From: an uncultured Candidatus Entotheonella sp.
GTDB lineage: Bacteria > Tectomicrobia > Entotheonellia > Entotheonellales > Entotheonellaceae
NCBI GenBank assembly: GCA_965217185.1
Contig: OZ244252.1
Coordinates: 1,632,001 to 1,696,000, forward strand
Direction of reading: 5' to 3'
DNA length: 64,000 bases
The position numbers were made by a program, and so were the translations under genes. Each line of letters opens with the position of its first letter. Within the stretch, counting starts at the first letter, position 1. Below, piece by piece: positions 49,488 through 58,073 of this stretch. The notes below the pieces were generated by a model that saw only the letters and a program-made list of their open reading frames with translations, did not search any database and had not been told where the DNA came from.

Positions 49488-52400
49488 TCAGGTGCGCGCG
49501 CCAGCTTTTCCCTCCTCATAGGTTGCCGCGAAAACAGTCTCGGATAGCCACCTACGGAACGAATCGTTGTCGCTGAACTGCTTGAACAACTCGGTATGGT
49601 CGGCCAGAAGCTCAGTCATGGCCCGTTCCAGGGCTTTGTCATGCTCGATTCGGGCGTTCTGTCGGTCGGAGTTGGCCCTGGCGTTCTGGTACGCCTTGTC
49701 CCCGGCGACTTTCATGGGTAACTCTTCGGCGATCACCTTCTCGATCTTGTCCTGGTCCTTCCACTCGATGTTGCCGAACCGGTCGTTGAAGTCCCTGACG
49801 ATGTTGGACAGCCGGTCCATCTCCGGTTCCGGCTTCTGCCCTCCACCCTCGGTGGGGACCGGCCCGATCTCTGCGTCCTCGTCGGGAAGCTGGATGTCCT
49901 GCACCGCCTGCTTCTCCACCCGGTAGCTGTCCATGTCGATGGCTTCGAGAATCCCCTTCGACAGGTCGTCCTCGATCGGAGCGGGCAGCTTGGGAACCAA
50001 GAAAGTCAGGAAAATGGAAAGTTTCTCCCACTCGGCGCAGGTGTAGGGCAGGATGGTTGCCAGGAACCCGTAGGCGCGGAGGAACGCCTTCGCCTTGCCC
50101 TTGAAGTCAACCTGTCCATCCTCGTCCAGTTGCTCCCGGTAGCCAGAGACGCATCCGTCCAGGATGGGGTCGAGTTGGTCGCGGTCGGCTCCCGAAAGGT
50201 ACCGCTCCACCAGCTCGTCCACCTGAGCCGGTCCGTAGACCTGATAGCCGTCGAGGGCGGCCTTGAGGTCGTGCAGCCTGTCGGGGTCGGTCTCCTCCGC
50301 CAGGACGGTGGTGCGGTAGTAGTCGGCGAAGGCGGCCTGGATCGCATCGGCGTCGTTGGCGAAGTCCAGCACAAAGGCGTCGTGTTTCTTGGGATGCGCC
50401 CGGTTGAGGCGCGATAGCGTCTGAACCGCCTTCACGCCCGACAGCGGCTTGTCCACATACATCGTGTGCAGCAACGGCTCGTCGTAGCCGGTCTGGAACT
50501 TGTCGGCGCAGACCAGAAAGCGGTACGGCTCTTCCTGAATCTTGTCGGCAATCAGGTTGGACGCGAAGCCGTTGAGGGATACCTCCGTGACCTTCGTGCC
50601 ATCGTACTCGTGCTCGCCAGAGAAGGCGGCAATGGCGAGGTAAGGACTCTTGCGCTCCGTCAGGTAGTCCCGGATGGCGTAGTAGTAGCTGATGGCCCGC
50701 TGGATGCTGTTCGTCACCACCATCGCCCGCGCCTTGGCGCCTATTTTCTGCAAGCCAGCAACCTGCTCGTGGAAGTGATCGACCATAATCTCCGCCTTCA
50801 GGCGGATGGCGTGCTCGTGGTCCTCCACGTAGCGGCGCAGCTTCTTTCCGGCCCGCTTGGTATCGAACTCCGGGTCTCCCTCCACCGTCTTGATCAGACG
50901 ATAGTAGCTGTCCACCGGCGTGTAGTGCTCCAGCACGTCGAGGATGAAGCCTTCCTCAATTGCCTGTTTCATGGTGTAGACGTGGAATGGGAGATGCCTG
51001 GTGTTCCCGCCTTCTGGCGACGGGTCGCCGAAGATTTCCAGGGTCTTGTTCTTGGGGGTGGCTGTGAAGGCGAAGTAACTGGCGTTGGGCAGCAACTTCT
51101 TGCTCTCCATCAACCGGTTGATCTTATCCTCAGTGGTCTCCTCCTCGTCTTCCGTACCGGCTTCCCCCAAGGCCATCGACACCGATGCCGAAGTCCGTCC
51201 GCCCTGGCTCGAATGCGCCTCGTCGATGATGATGGCGAACTTGCTCCCGCGGTGCTCGTCGCCGATGGCGTCCAGGATGAACGGGAACTTCTGGACGGTG
51301 GTGATGACGATCCGCTTGCCCTCCTGGAGCAGGGTGCGGAGGCGGCCGGAGGTCTCGGCATGACCCACGACGGAGCCGACCTGGGCGAACTGCCTGATGG
51401 TGTCCCGTATCTGCTTGTCCAGTATCCTGCGGTCCGTCACGACGATGGCGGAATCGAAAAGCGCCTTGCCGTCCTGCTCCAGCCCGATTAGCTGGTGGGC
51501 CAGCCACGCGATGGAGTTGGACTTGCCGCTGCCCGCCGAGTGCTGAATCAGATACCTGGGGCCGACTCCCCTACCGGGTACGTCGCCCAACAGCCTGCGC
51601 ACCACGTCCAACTGGTGGTAGCGCGGCCATATCTGCTCCCGCCTCTTGCGTCCGGTCTTGTCGTCCCTCGTCTCCACGATCTGAGCGTAGTTCTCGATGA
51701 TGTCGGTGAGCCCGTCACGGGTGAGGACCTGCTTCCAGAGGTAGTCGGTCTTGAGGCCGTTGGGGTTCGGCGGATTGCCCTTGCCGTCGTTCCATCCCTG
51801 GTTGAAGGGCAGGAACCACGACGCCTTGCCTTTGAGATGGGTACAGAATTGCACCTCGTGGTCGTCCACGGCGAAGTGGGCCAGGCAGCGGCCCAGCTCG
51901 AAGAGCTTCTCCCGTGGGTTGCGGTCCCGCTTGTACTGCTCGACCGCATCATCCACCGTCTGCTTCGTCAGGCTGTTCTTCAGCTCGAAGGTGGCGACGG
52001 GCAAGCCGTTGATGAACAGGCACAGGTCGAGGGCAAGCTGGGTCTGGTCCTGGCTGTAGTGGAGTTGCCTCGTCACGCTGAAGCGGTTCTGCCCGTACTG
52101 CACCTTGGCCTTCTCGTTCCCCGGCGATGGCGTGCCGTACATCAGGTCCATTTGGTGCGGCCCGTGCTTGACGCCCTTGCGGAGCACGTCAATAGTCCCT
52201 CGCCGGGTGACTTCCCCTTGCAGCCGGGCCAGGAACTTGCGCCGCGTCGGACTGTCCTGGCCGAGGTCCAGCGAGTCGGCGGCAACGGGCTGGGTGGCGT
52301 GGAGGAAGGCGCGAAACTGGGCCAGGTCCACGCAGTACTCCCGGTCATAGTCCCGCGTGTCGCCGCATATCCAGCCGACGCCGTAGCCGGCCGGCCGCTC

Positions 52401-52496
52401 GTGCACCATGCCGCCCTGCGGCGGGTCGCAGGGGGCTCCCGTCAGCGCCGTGCAGATGAGGCGCTCAAGCCCCTTCTCGCTTGTGTCGGTGGTCAC
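49488..52496 (-). CDS. hsdR: Type I restriction enzyme R subunit
   Basis: D..LFINGLP.ATFELK nuclease motif; QHSAGSGKS, IIDEAH, FTATP, KFQTGYD, QTLSRLNR helicase motifs. Confidence 0.95.
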   Translation of the reverse strand: MTTDTSEKGLERLICTALTGAPCDPPQGGMVHERPAGYGVGWICGDTRDYDREYCVDLAQFRAFLHATQPVAADSLDLGQDSPTRRKFLARLQGEVTRRGTIDVLRKGVKHGPHQMDLMYGTPSPGNEKAKVQYGQNRFSVTRQLHYSQDQTQLALDLCLFINGLPVATFELKNSLTKQTVDDAVEQYKRDRNPREKLFELGRCLAHFAVDDHEVQFCTHLKGKASWFLPFNQGWNDGKGNPPNPNGLKTDYLWKQVLTRDGLTDIIENYAQIVETRDDKTGRKRREQIWPRYHQLDVVRRLLGDVPGRGVGPRYLIQHSAGSGKSNSIAWLAHQLIGLEQDGKALFDSAIVVTDRRILDKQIRDTIRQFAQVGSVVGHAETSGRLRTLLQEGKRIVITTVQKFPFILDAIGDEHRGSKFAIIIDEAHSSQGGRTSASVSMALGEAGTEDEEETTEDKINRLMESKKLLPNASYFAFTATPKNKTLEIFGDPSPEGGNTRHLPFHVYTMKQAIEEGFILDVLEHYTPVDSYYRLIKTVEGDPEFDTKRAGKKLRRYVEDHEHAIRLKAEIMVDHFHEQVAGLQKIGAKARAMVVTNSIQRAISYYYAIRDYLTERKSPYLAIAAFSGEHEYDGTKVTEVSLNGFASNLIADKIQEEPYRFLVCADKFQTGYDEPLLHTMYVDKPLSGVKAVQTLSRLNRAHPKKHDAFVLDFANDADAIQAAFADYYRTTVLAEETDPDRLHDLKAALDGYQVYGPAQVDELVERYLSGADRDQLDPILDGCVSGYREQLDEDGQVDFKGKAKAFLRAYGFLATILPYTCAEWEKLSIFLTFLVPKLPAPIEDDLSKGILEAIDMDSYRVEKQAVQDIQLPDEDAEIGPVPTEGGGQKPEPEMDRLSNIVRDFNDRFGNIEWKDQDKIEKVIAEELPMKVAGDKAYQNARANSDRQNARIEHDKALERAMTELLADHTELFKQFSDNDSFRRWLSETVFAATYEEGKAGART

Positions 52497-52497
52497 G

Positions 52498-52832
52498 CTA
52501 TGCCTCGCCTCTCATCGGAATGGCGACTTCCCGCACCTCACCGGGCCGTATCCCCTCGAGGGCGTTGCGAATATCCTCGATCTTTGGCTCGATGAGCGGC
52601 CACCGGTTCGCGCCGAGAACGATCAGCGCGAAGCTTCGGCTCCCGATGTTCTGCTGGTATGGCATGGTCCTGTCCGCAGTAATCACGACTTCATACCTGC
52701 TTCTTCCGCCCGGTCCAGCAATTCGCCATTGACAAGCGTTGCCCACCCGCGCTCCTCCGCCACCTCAACGTCGTGACCGACGAGGTGACGGCGAAGCTGC
52801 CGAGGCACATTGTGGTCAAACAGGATTCGCAT
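52498..52832 (-). pseudogene. DUF5615/VapC45-like PIN toxin, 1-nt frameshift near 52697
   Basis: MRILFDHNVPRQL..RGWATLVNGELLDRAEEAG, continuing in another frame as YEVVITADRTMPYQQN.. Confidence 0.8.
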
Positions 52833-53064
52833 GCGAGACCTTAGCGACCTTGGCGTCAAGGTCTTGCACGATGAACTCCAAGACCGCCCGCACCTGTGTT
52901 TCGTCCACCCCGCCGAACCACTCGATGAAGTCGTGGACAGCTGCGCCCTCCGCAAGGTTCCCGAAAAGGGCCGACACGGGCAGCCGCGTGTCCTTGAACA
53001 CCCAAGCCCCGCTCACCTTGCCGGGCACGCTTTCGACCGCCGGGCACTTGCTCCAGTCCGTCAT
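52816..53064 (-). CDS. DUF433 family antitoxin
   Basis: DWSKCPAVESVPGKVSGAWVFKDTRLPVSALF.NL..G; overlaps hsdS stop and PIN start. Confidence 0.85.
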   Translation of the reverse strand: MTDWSKCPAVESVPGKVSGAWVFKDTRLPVSALFGNLAEGAAVHDFIEWFGGVDETQVRAVLEFIVQDLDAKVAKVSHANPV

Positions 53065-54473
53065 GCTGTCACCTCGCTTTCCATGGCAGTTTCCTCTTCC
53101 GCCTCATCTGGCTCATTGGGGTCATTGCCCATATTGTCCGCCATCAGACCATCCCCGTCTATTGGCTCGTCCTCGTCGTCCTCCTCCGGCAGCTGCGCCG
53201 CCGCCTCGCGCACGTCCAGCTTGCCGGTCACCACGTCGGCGATGAGCCGCGTGCGGTACTCTTGCACCAGCTCGACCTGGCGGCGGGCGCGGGCGCGGGC
53301 GGCGTCGATGGCAGCGGTGGCATTGTCCAGGTATTCGATGATGGCGCGTTGCTCGGAGGGCGGGGGGAGTGCTACAGGAAAGTTCTGCAACATTGGAAGC
53401 CGTAAAGAATCCACGGTCGATTTCGCGGTTCCCTGGAACACCTCATTGCATAGCGTGGACCTAACATAGTGGAAAAAGAACTGCCCGAGTATGTGCCTAA
53501 AATCGCTGAACTTGTAGACACGTTGGTGGTAGTCAAACTTTCCGTTGATGTAATGGAATACCTTGCCCACACCTACGCCGTCCCCGGCCGTCAAAACCGC
53601 CTCACCGTCGAAAGACCATGTGTCGATCCTCTCCACAGTTTGCGAGCGAACGAAAAAGGGGTGCAGTCCATCTTCTTTACGATTGATAGTATCGCGTCCG
53701 CCAGTCCCAATAGCAGCCAGAGACTTCAGTCGCCACACTTCCCAATGCTCCGGCACATCGCCGAGCCACTCGACGCCGGAGTGCTTGAGGCGGACGTTCG
53801 GGTCGAGGCCGCGGGTGACGGCCCGGTTGACGATGGCCTGCTTCTCCTCCTTCAGCAGCGCGATGAGCTTCCGCCTGGCGCTGACGTACCGTCGGATGCG
53901 CCGGTCCACGTAGTCCAAGTAGCGGACGATGGAGACTTGCTCGGGGAGGGGTGGCAGGGACAACCACAGATATTTGAGCTGGCCGCCATAAATGTGCATG
54001 ATGGTGATGCCCCGCCCCATCAGGGATTTCTGCGTTTGAGCAGCGGGGCAGTCCAGTGCGTAGCCAGCAAACTTGGGTTCCATTGGCATTGTTGGCCGTA
54101 ATACGATCAAGTCTCCACCGCAGAGAACCTGAGTGTGCATCAAGTTGACGGCCGACTTGCCAATCTCCTCTATGGTCTCTCCTGACGTAGGGAAGAGAAC
54201 GTCGCCCCTATTGATTGGCGTATAAGCGCTGGCTTTCGCAGGCGAAACGTAACTTCGTGTCTGGCTTATGAAGGACTTGTGCGTCGTGTATAGGTCTCCA
54301 TACCGGACACACGGTATCCCATCAGGAACCTCGTCATCCTTCGTTCCTCCGGAGCCTTTGGAGAAGACGCCAACCCTACCGAGCTGGACAACCTCCCAAT
54401 GCTCCGGCACGTTGCTGAGCCAAGGGACGCCGGAGGGCTTGTAGGCGGGGTAGGGGTAGATCTCGCTAATCAT
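53061..54473 (-). CDS. hsdS: Type I restriction-modification specificity subunit
   Basis: Two conserved repeats (PSGVPWLSNVPEHWEV / HSGVEWLGDVPEHWEV; PPLPEQ / PPPSEQ) framing two TRDs; LIADVVTGKLDVR; acidic tail. Confidence 0.93.
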   Translation of the reverse strand: MISEIYPYPAYKPSGVPWLSNVPEHWEVVQLGRVGVFSKGSGGTKDDEVPDGIPCVRYGDLYTTHKSFISQTRSYVSPAKASAYTPINRGDVLFPTSGETIEEIGKSAVNLMHTQVLCGGDLIVLRPTMPMEPKFAGYALDCPAAQTQKSLMGRGITIMHIYGGQLKYLWLSLPPLPEQVSIVRYLDYVDRRIRRYVSARRKLIALLKEEKQAIVNRAVTRGLDPNVRLKHSGVEWLGDVPEHWEVWRLKSLAAIGTGGRDTINRKEDGLHPFFVRSQTVERIDTWSFDGEAVLTAGDGVGVGKVFHYINGKFDYHQRVYKFSDFRHILGQFFFHYVRSTLCNEVFQGTAKSTVDSLRLPMLQNFPVALPPPSEQRAIIEYLDNATAAIDAARARARRQVELVQEYRTRLIADVVTGKLDVREAAAQLPEEDDEDEPIDGDGLMADNMGNDPNEPDEAEEETAMESEVTA

Positions 54474-57070
54474 GCGGGGCTCGCATTTTGTACGGGTACG
54501 GGGATGGGAGTAGGGATGGCTAGACGATCTCGTATTTCTTCATAAATCGGAATGTTCAAGTCCTCCGCGACTTCTAGGGTCACCGTCAAACCGTACCGTA
54601 TTGGTTGGGTTATTACCCCGGCATCAGCGCGACAGTTTACTTTGATTACAACGGCGTCTCCGTCTTGAAAGGCTGTAGCATTGCCCCCTTCCAGGACTTC
54701 ATGCTGGACGGTTCCTCTTTGGACAGCTCTGTAGTCTGCGTACAACCGACGCGGGGTAATCGTATTCCGTTCGGTTGGACTAAACCAAAGGTGAGCGATG
54801 CGATAGCTCTGGCGGGTACTGCTCACAGGTGTCAGCCAGGCCAGAGTAACGGTGAGGCGACGTGTATCAGTTACGGCGGAAAGGCTGGGTGGTAAAGGGA
54901 GGGTGAACTCGTCAGCATCCCCGTCTCCAAGCGCCCCAACTCCCAGGATCGTAACACGTTGATCTGTGCAGGCTAGAACTCTGGCAATGTTAGCTGATCC
55001 ATATCCAAGAAAACGTCCAACATATTCTCTGAAAGTCTTACTATTGTGGCCATTCTTTAGGACCTGCTGATATAGACCCCAAGCGTTCGCCCAGTCTGAA
55101 CCGTGAACAAGGAGTGCTTTTAGCAAGACAGCATCATGATCCTGGGGCAGTGTTCCTGGAGAGTCTAGTCGCAACTGTTCGATGACGTCATACATTAGCA
55201 TAGTGCTACGGGAAGCCAGAGCAGCAGCGTTACTTGTACCTCGTGTGTGGCAACTGCTGTCTAAGCGGCCCTGTATCCCAGGAGTAGCAACACGTTGACC
55301 AGGTGGACTGATGTGACGAGCTACTTCCAGGATTGCCGTTGGATGACTATTACCTAGCTTCTCGGACAGAAACTGACGGCCGCCGGGCAGAAGCACCTCC
55401 GGTTTAATGGTCCTCCGGTACCCAGGTCCATGCGCGTTTATGACACTGGGAAGGCCATCATAGGTGAATGGATCAAGTAGGAAGTTCAAGGCGATGGCTG
55501 AGGCGTCCTGGTGAGTCGCCGCAACCGTCAGGCCATTGAATGTCTCTGCTGGTGATAATAGTCGGCGATTCCGGGTGTCTTCTGCTGTCGCTTCGATCAC
55601 TGACTTCTGGAGTTCATCTGGAGTCAGCGTAGGAAGCGCAGCTCGTGCGATGTTCAACTGGATAGGATTTGCGTGGTTGCCCGCGCTGACTATAAATAGG
55701 ACGTTGTACTTTGAGGCCAGCCAATCCAGCAGGCGGGCCATCGGGCTAATCTCACGATTAAATGGTCGAGCCACATCGCACACAGAGAGATTGATTACCC
55801 GTACTTGCGGTGCTGCAGGTGGTTGGTCGCCCTCGGGTTCGTACAGACGCCGTACCGCGCGATGTATCAGATCGACCGGCAGTACATCCTGCGGTATTGA
55901 TTCATGAAATTGACCTCCAAAGCCGCGTCGAGGTTTCATGATCGGTCGAGCGTAGATACGTCGTTCTACCGGACGACCGCGCTCTTCTAGGTCCCCATGG
56001 CAGATAAGCGAGGCCATCATAGTTCCATGAAACCGTTCGCTGGCTTGGTAGGCGCTTTCGTAGTCGTCTGGATCATCAAGGTCGACTCGGTCGTCGAGCA
56101 GTTGGTGTCGTGTTAGCGGCAGGCCGTCGAACAGCGCTACAATTGGATCACCTAATGGACTATCCGGAGGGGCTCCTTCTCCCAGAGCATCGACTTCGTC
56201 CATATTCTCCGGTACGAGCACAGCGCACTGTCCCACAGGGCGAATGTGCATTATCTGGTCACATATGAGTAGCCTGGCGTTCGCTCGTGTGTCTGGGTCT
56301 TGTATCAAGCTCTGTATGTGAATCCTTGGTATGTTTCCCAAAATGGCATGATAGGCAACTTCAGGGATGACGCATTGCTGGATCACTTCACCATCCAGAG
56401 AGGATATGACGCTACGAAGATACGACTCGGCTTGTGTCCGCTGAGAGGAGTCATTTCTGAACCACAGTTCAGCTTCAAAGGGTATAGTCTCCTCTCCAGA
56501 CTCTAGCCGGTCTTCCCAGTCGGCAAGGACCCCTGTTTCTCTGAGACGGTCCTCTACCTCCCAATGCCGGATGGTGTGTAGGCGAGCGAAGGCGTGCTTG
56601 AGTGGCGCGAGTCCGGAAGGAAAGCTAAGGTCTTGGTTCTCCTGCCATAGACTAAAATACCTCTGCATCTGTCGCAGAGCTTCCTGATCCGTCATTACTA
56701 AGAACAATTGGCCTGCCAACTGCTTCTGTGGGTCTTTCGCATCTTCAAATCCGTACTCAGGATCGATTGGATCGCTCTCGAATTCTCCCAGCCATTCCAG
56801 TCCATCAATTTTTCTTACGGCGTTGATGAAATCATTGATAGTGCCGACAGTCTCTAGGACTAGGACCTGCTCTGGCTGGATGCCGAGAGTGGTATTCTGT
56901 AGAGAGACTCGCCTCTGCTCCATAGCGTCTTGAAGTCGGCTAAATTGTGGAGCCAATCGTTGGGCTTGTCGACCAGCCTCTGGAATACGCGGACGACCAC
57001 CACCCCCACCACGTCCGGATCGCTCTGCATGGGTTGGCTCGGGAAAGACGAGGAGAGGATGCTCTGGCAT
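54470..57070 (-). CDS. S8 (subtilisin-like) serine protease, IetS-like
   Basis: Catalytic triad motifs VALFDG, HGTMMAS, GTSNAA; INLS, VSAGN, KALLVH, GYG; no signal peptide. Confidence 0.9.
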   Translation of the reverse strand: MPEHPLLVFPEPTHAERSGRGGGGGRPRIPEAGRQAQRLAPQFSRLQDAMEQRRVSLQNTTLGIQPEQVLVLETVGTINDFINAVRKIDGLEWLGEFESDPIDPEYGFEDAKDPQKQLAGQLFLVMTDQEALRQMQRYFSLWQENQDLSFPSGLAPLKHAFARLHTIRHWEVEDRLRETGVLADWEDRLESGEETIPFEAELWFRNDSSQRTQAESYLRSVISSLDGEVIQQCVIPEVAYHAILGNIPRIHIQSLIQDPDTRANARLLICDQIMHIRPVGQCAVLVPENMDEVDALGEGAPPDSPLGDPIVALFDGLPLTRHQLLDDRVDLDDPDDYESAYQASERFHGTMMASLICHGDLEERGRPVERRIYARPIMKPRRGFGGQFHESIPQDVLPVDLIHRAVRRLYEPEGDQPPAAPQVRVINLSVCDVARPFNREISPMARLLDWLASKYNVLFIVSAGNHANPIQLNIARAALPTLTPDELQKSVIEATAEDTRNRRLLSPAETFNGLTVAATHQDASAIALNFLLDPFTYDGLPSVINAHGPGYRRTIKPEVLLPGGRQFLSEKLGNSHPTAILEVARHISPPGQRVATPGIQGRLDSSCHTRGTSNAAALASRSTMLMYDVIEQLRLDSPGTLPQDHDAVLLKALLVHGSDWANAWGLYQQVLKNGHNSKTFREYVGRFLGYGSANIARVLACTDQRVTILGVGALGDGDADEFTLPLPPSLSAVTDTRRLTVTLAWLTPVSSTRQSYRIAHLWFSPTERNTITPRRLYADYRAVQRGTVQHEVLEGGNATAFQDGDAVVIKVNCRADAGVITQPIRYGLTVTLEVAEDLNIPIYEEIRDRLAIPTPIPVPVQNASPA

Positions 57071-57072
57071 AG

Positions 57073-58071
57073 TTAATCGCGCTCCTCATAGTCGTCTGAT
57101 TGGTTGACATTGAATCGCTTGCTCCAGTGACGCAGCCGCTGGTCAGTGATTCTCTTGACGTTGGCGTTCGGTTTGTCTAGTAACACTCTTCGTAGGACAT
57201 CCATCCCAAAGTCTTCGACCTCAGCGAAACTCAGCCCTTTTAGCCTCATTGCAAGACTGCGCGGGGAAAGGGCCAGCCCACACTCTGTACGAGTCTCGAA
57301 TCTCTTGAACCACTCTTCAATTTGACTCTGCTGCGGCATCGGTAATTCCAAGCGAACCTGGAACCGGCGCCACACTGCACGGTCAAGGAGCTCAGGATGG
57401 TTACTCGCCGTCACAACAACGACGTAACTTGGCAGCGCGTCGATTTGGAGCAGTAGCGAGCTCACGACACGTTTGATTTCTCCCGTCTCGTGGCGGTCGC
57501 CTCGCTCTTTGCCCACCGTGTCGAACTCGTCGAAGAACAATACACATCGTCGGGATCTGGCATACTCGAAGACTTGGCCAATACGTTGCGCTGTTTCTCC
57601 GAGATAGCTTCCGATGATTCCTTCATAACGAGCCAATACAAGCGGAGCGTTCAGGGCATCAGCTACTGCCTCTGCCAGGGATGTCTTGCCATTTCCAGGC
57701 GGTCCTGCCAACAGCACACGATTGCGCGGCTCAAGGTTATGTGCCCGGAGCAGATCTGCTCGATGCTGTTCCTCTACAAGATCGCGTATGACTTCGGTGA
57801 CCTCTATTGGCAGTATCAAGTCATCAAGCCGCCGCTGTGGAATAATCTCGGCTACAAGTGGTCCGGAAAGTGAATTGGCAGTCGGAGGTGTGGGCGACGT
57901 ATAGCGACCGTTGTCACTTGCACGAAGTTGCGCAAGCAATCTGTCGGCCAGAATCGTATGACTCTTCGAACGCTCATCCGCTGCCAGTGCTTCAACGGTT
58001 CTCTGGAACTTAGCCTGATCGCCTTGCGCACCGGCTTTGACGAGGTCTAATATCAAATCCGCTCGTGCCAT
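57073..58071 (-). CDS. AAA+ ATPase, IetA-like
   Basis: GPPGNGKT Walker A, FFDEFD Walker B, SYLGETA, ETGEIKRVVSSLL, ASNHPELLDRAVWRRF. Confidence 0.92.
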   Translation of the reverse strand: MARADLILDLVKAGAQGDQAKFQRTVEALAADERSKSHTILADRLLAQLRASDNGRYTSPTPPTANSLSGPLVAEIIPQRRLDDLILPIEVTEVIRDLVEEQHRADLLRAHNLEPRNRVLLAGPPGNGKTSLAEAVADALNAPLVLARYEGIIGSYLGETAQRIGQVFEYARSRRCVLFFDEFDTVGKERGDRHETGEIKRVVSSLLLQIDALPSYVVVVTASNHPELLDRAVWRRFQVRLELPMPQQSQIEEWFKRFETRTECGLALSPRSLAMRLKGLSFAEVEDFGMDVLRRVLLDKPNANVKRITDQRLRHWSKRFNVNQSDDYEERD

Positions 58072-58073
58072 TA

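Noticed and set aside
53061..54473. Phase-variable (invertible or SSR) hsdS
   Set aside because: Single hsdS, with no silent TRD copies, recombinase or simple repeat tract seen
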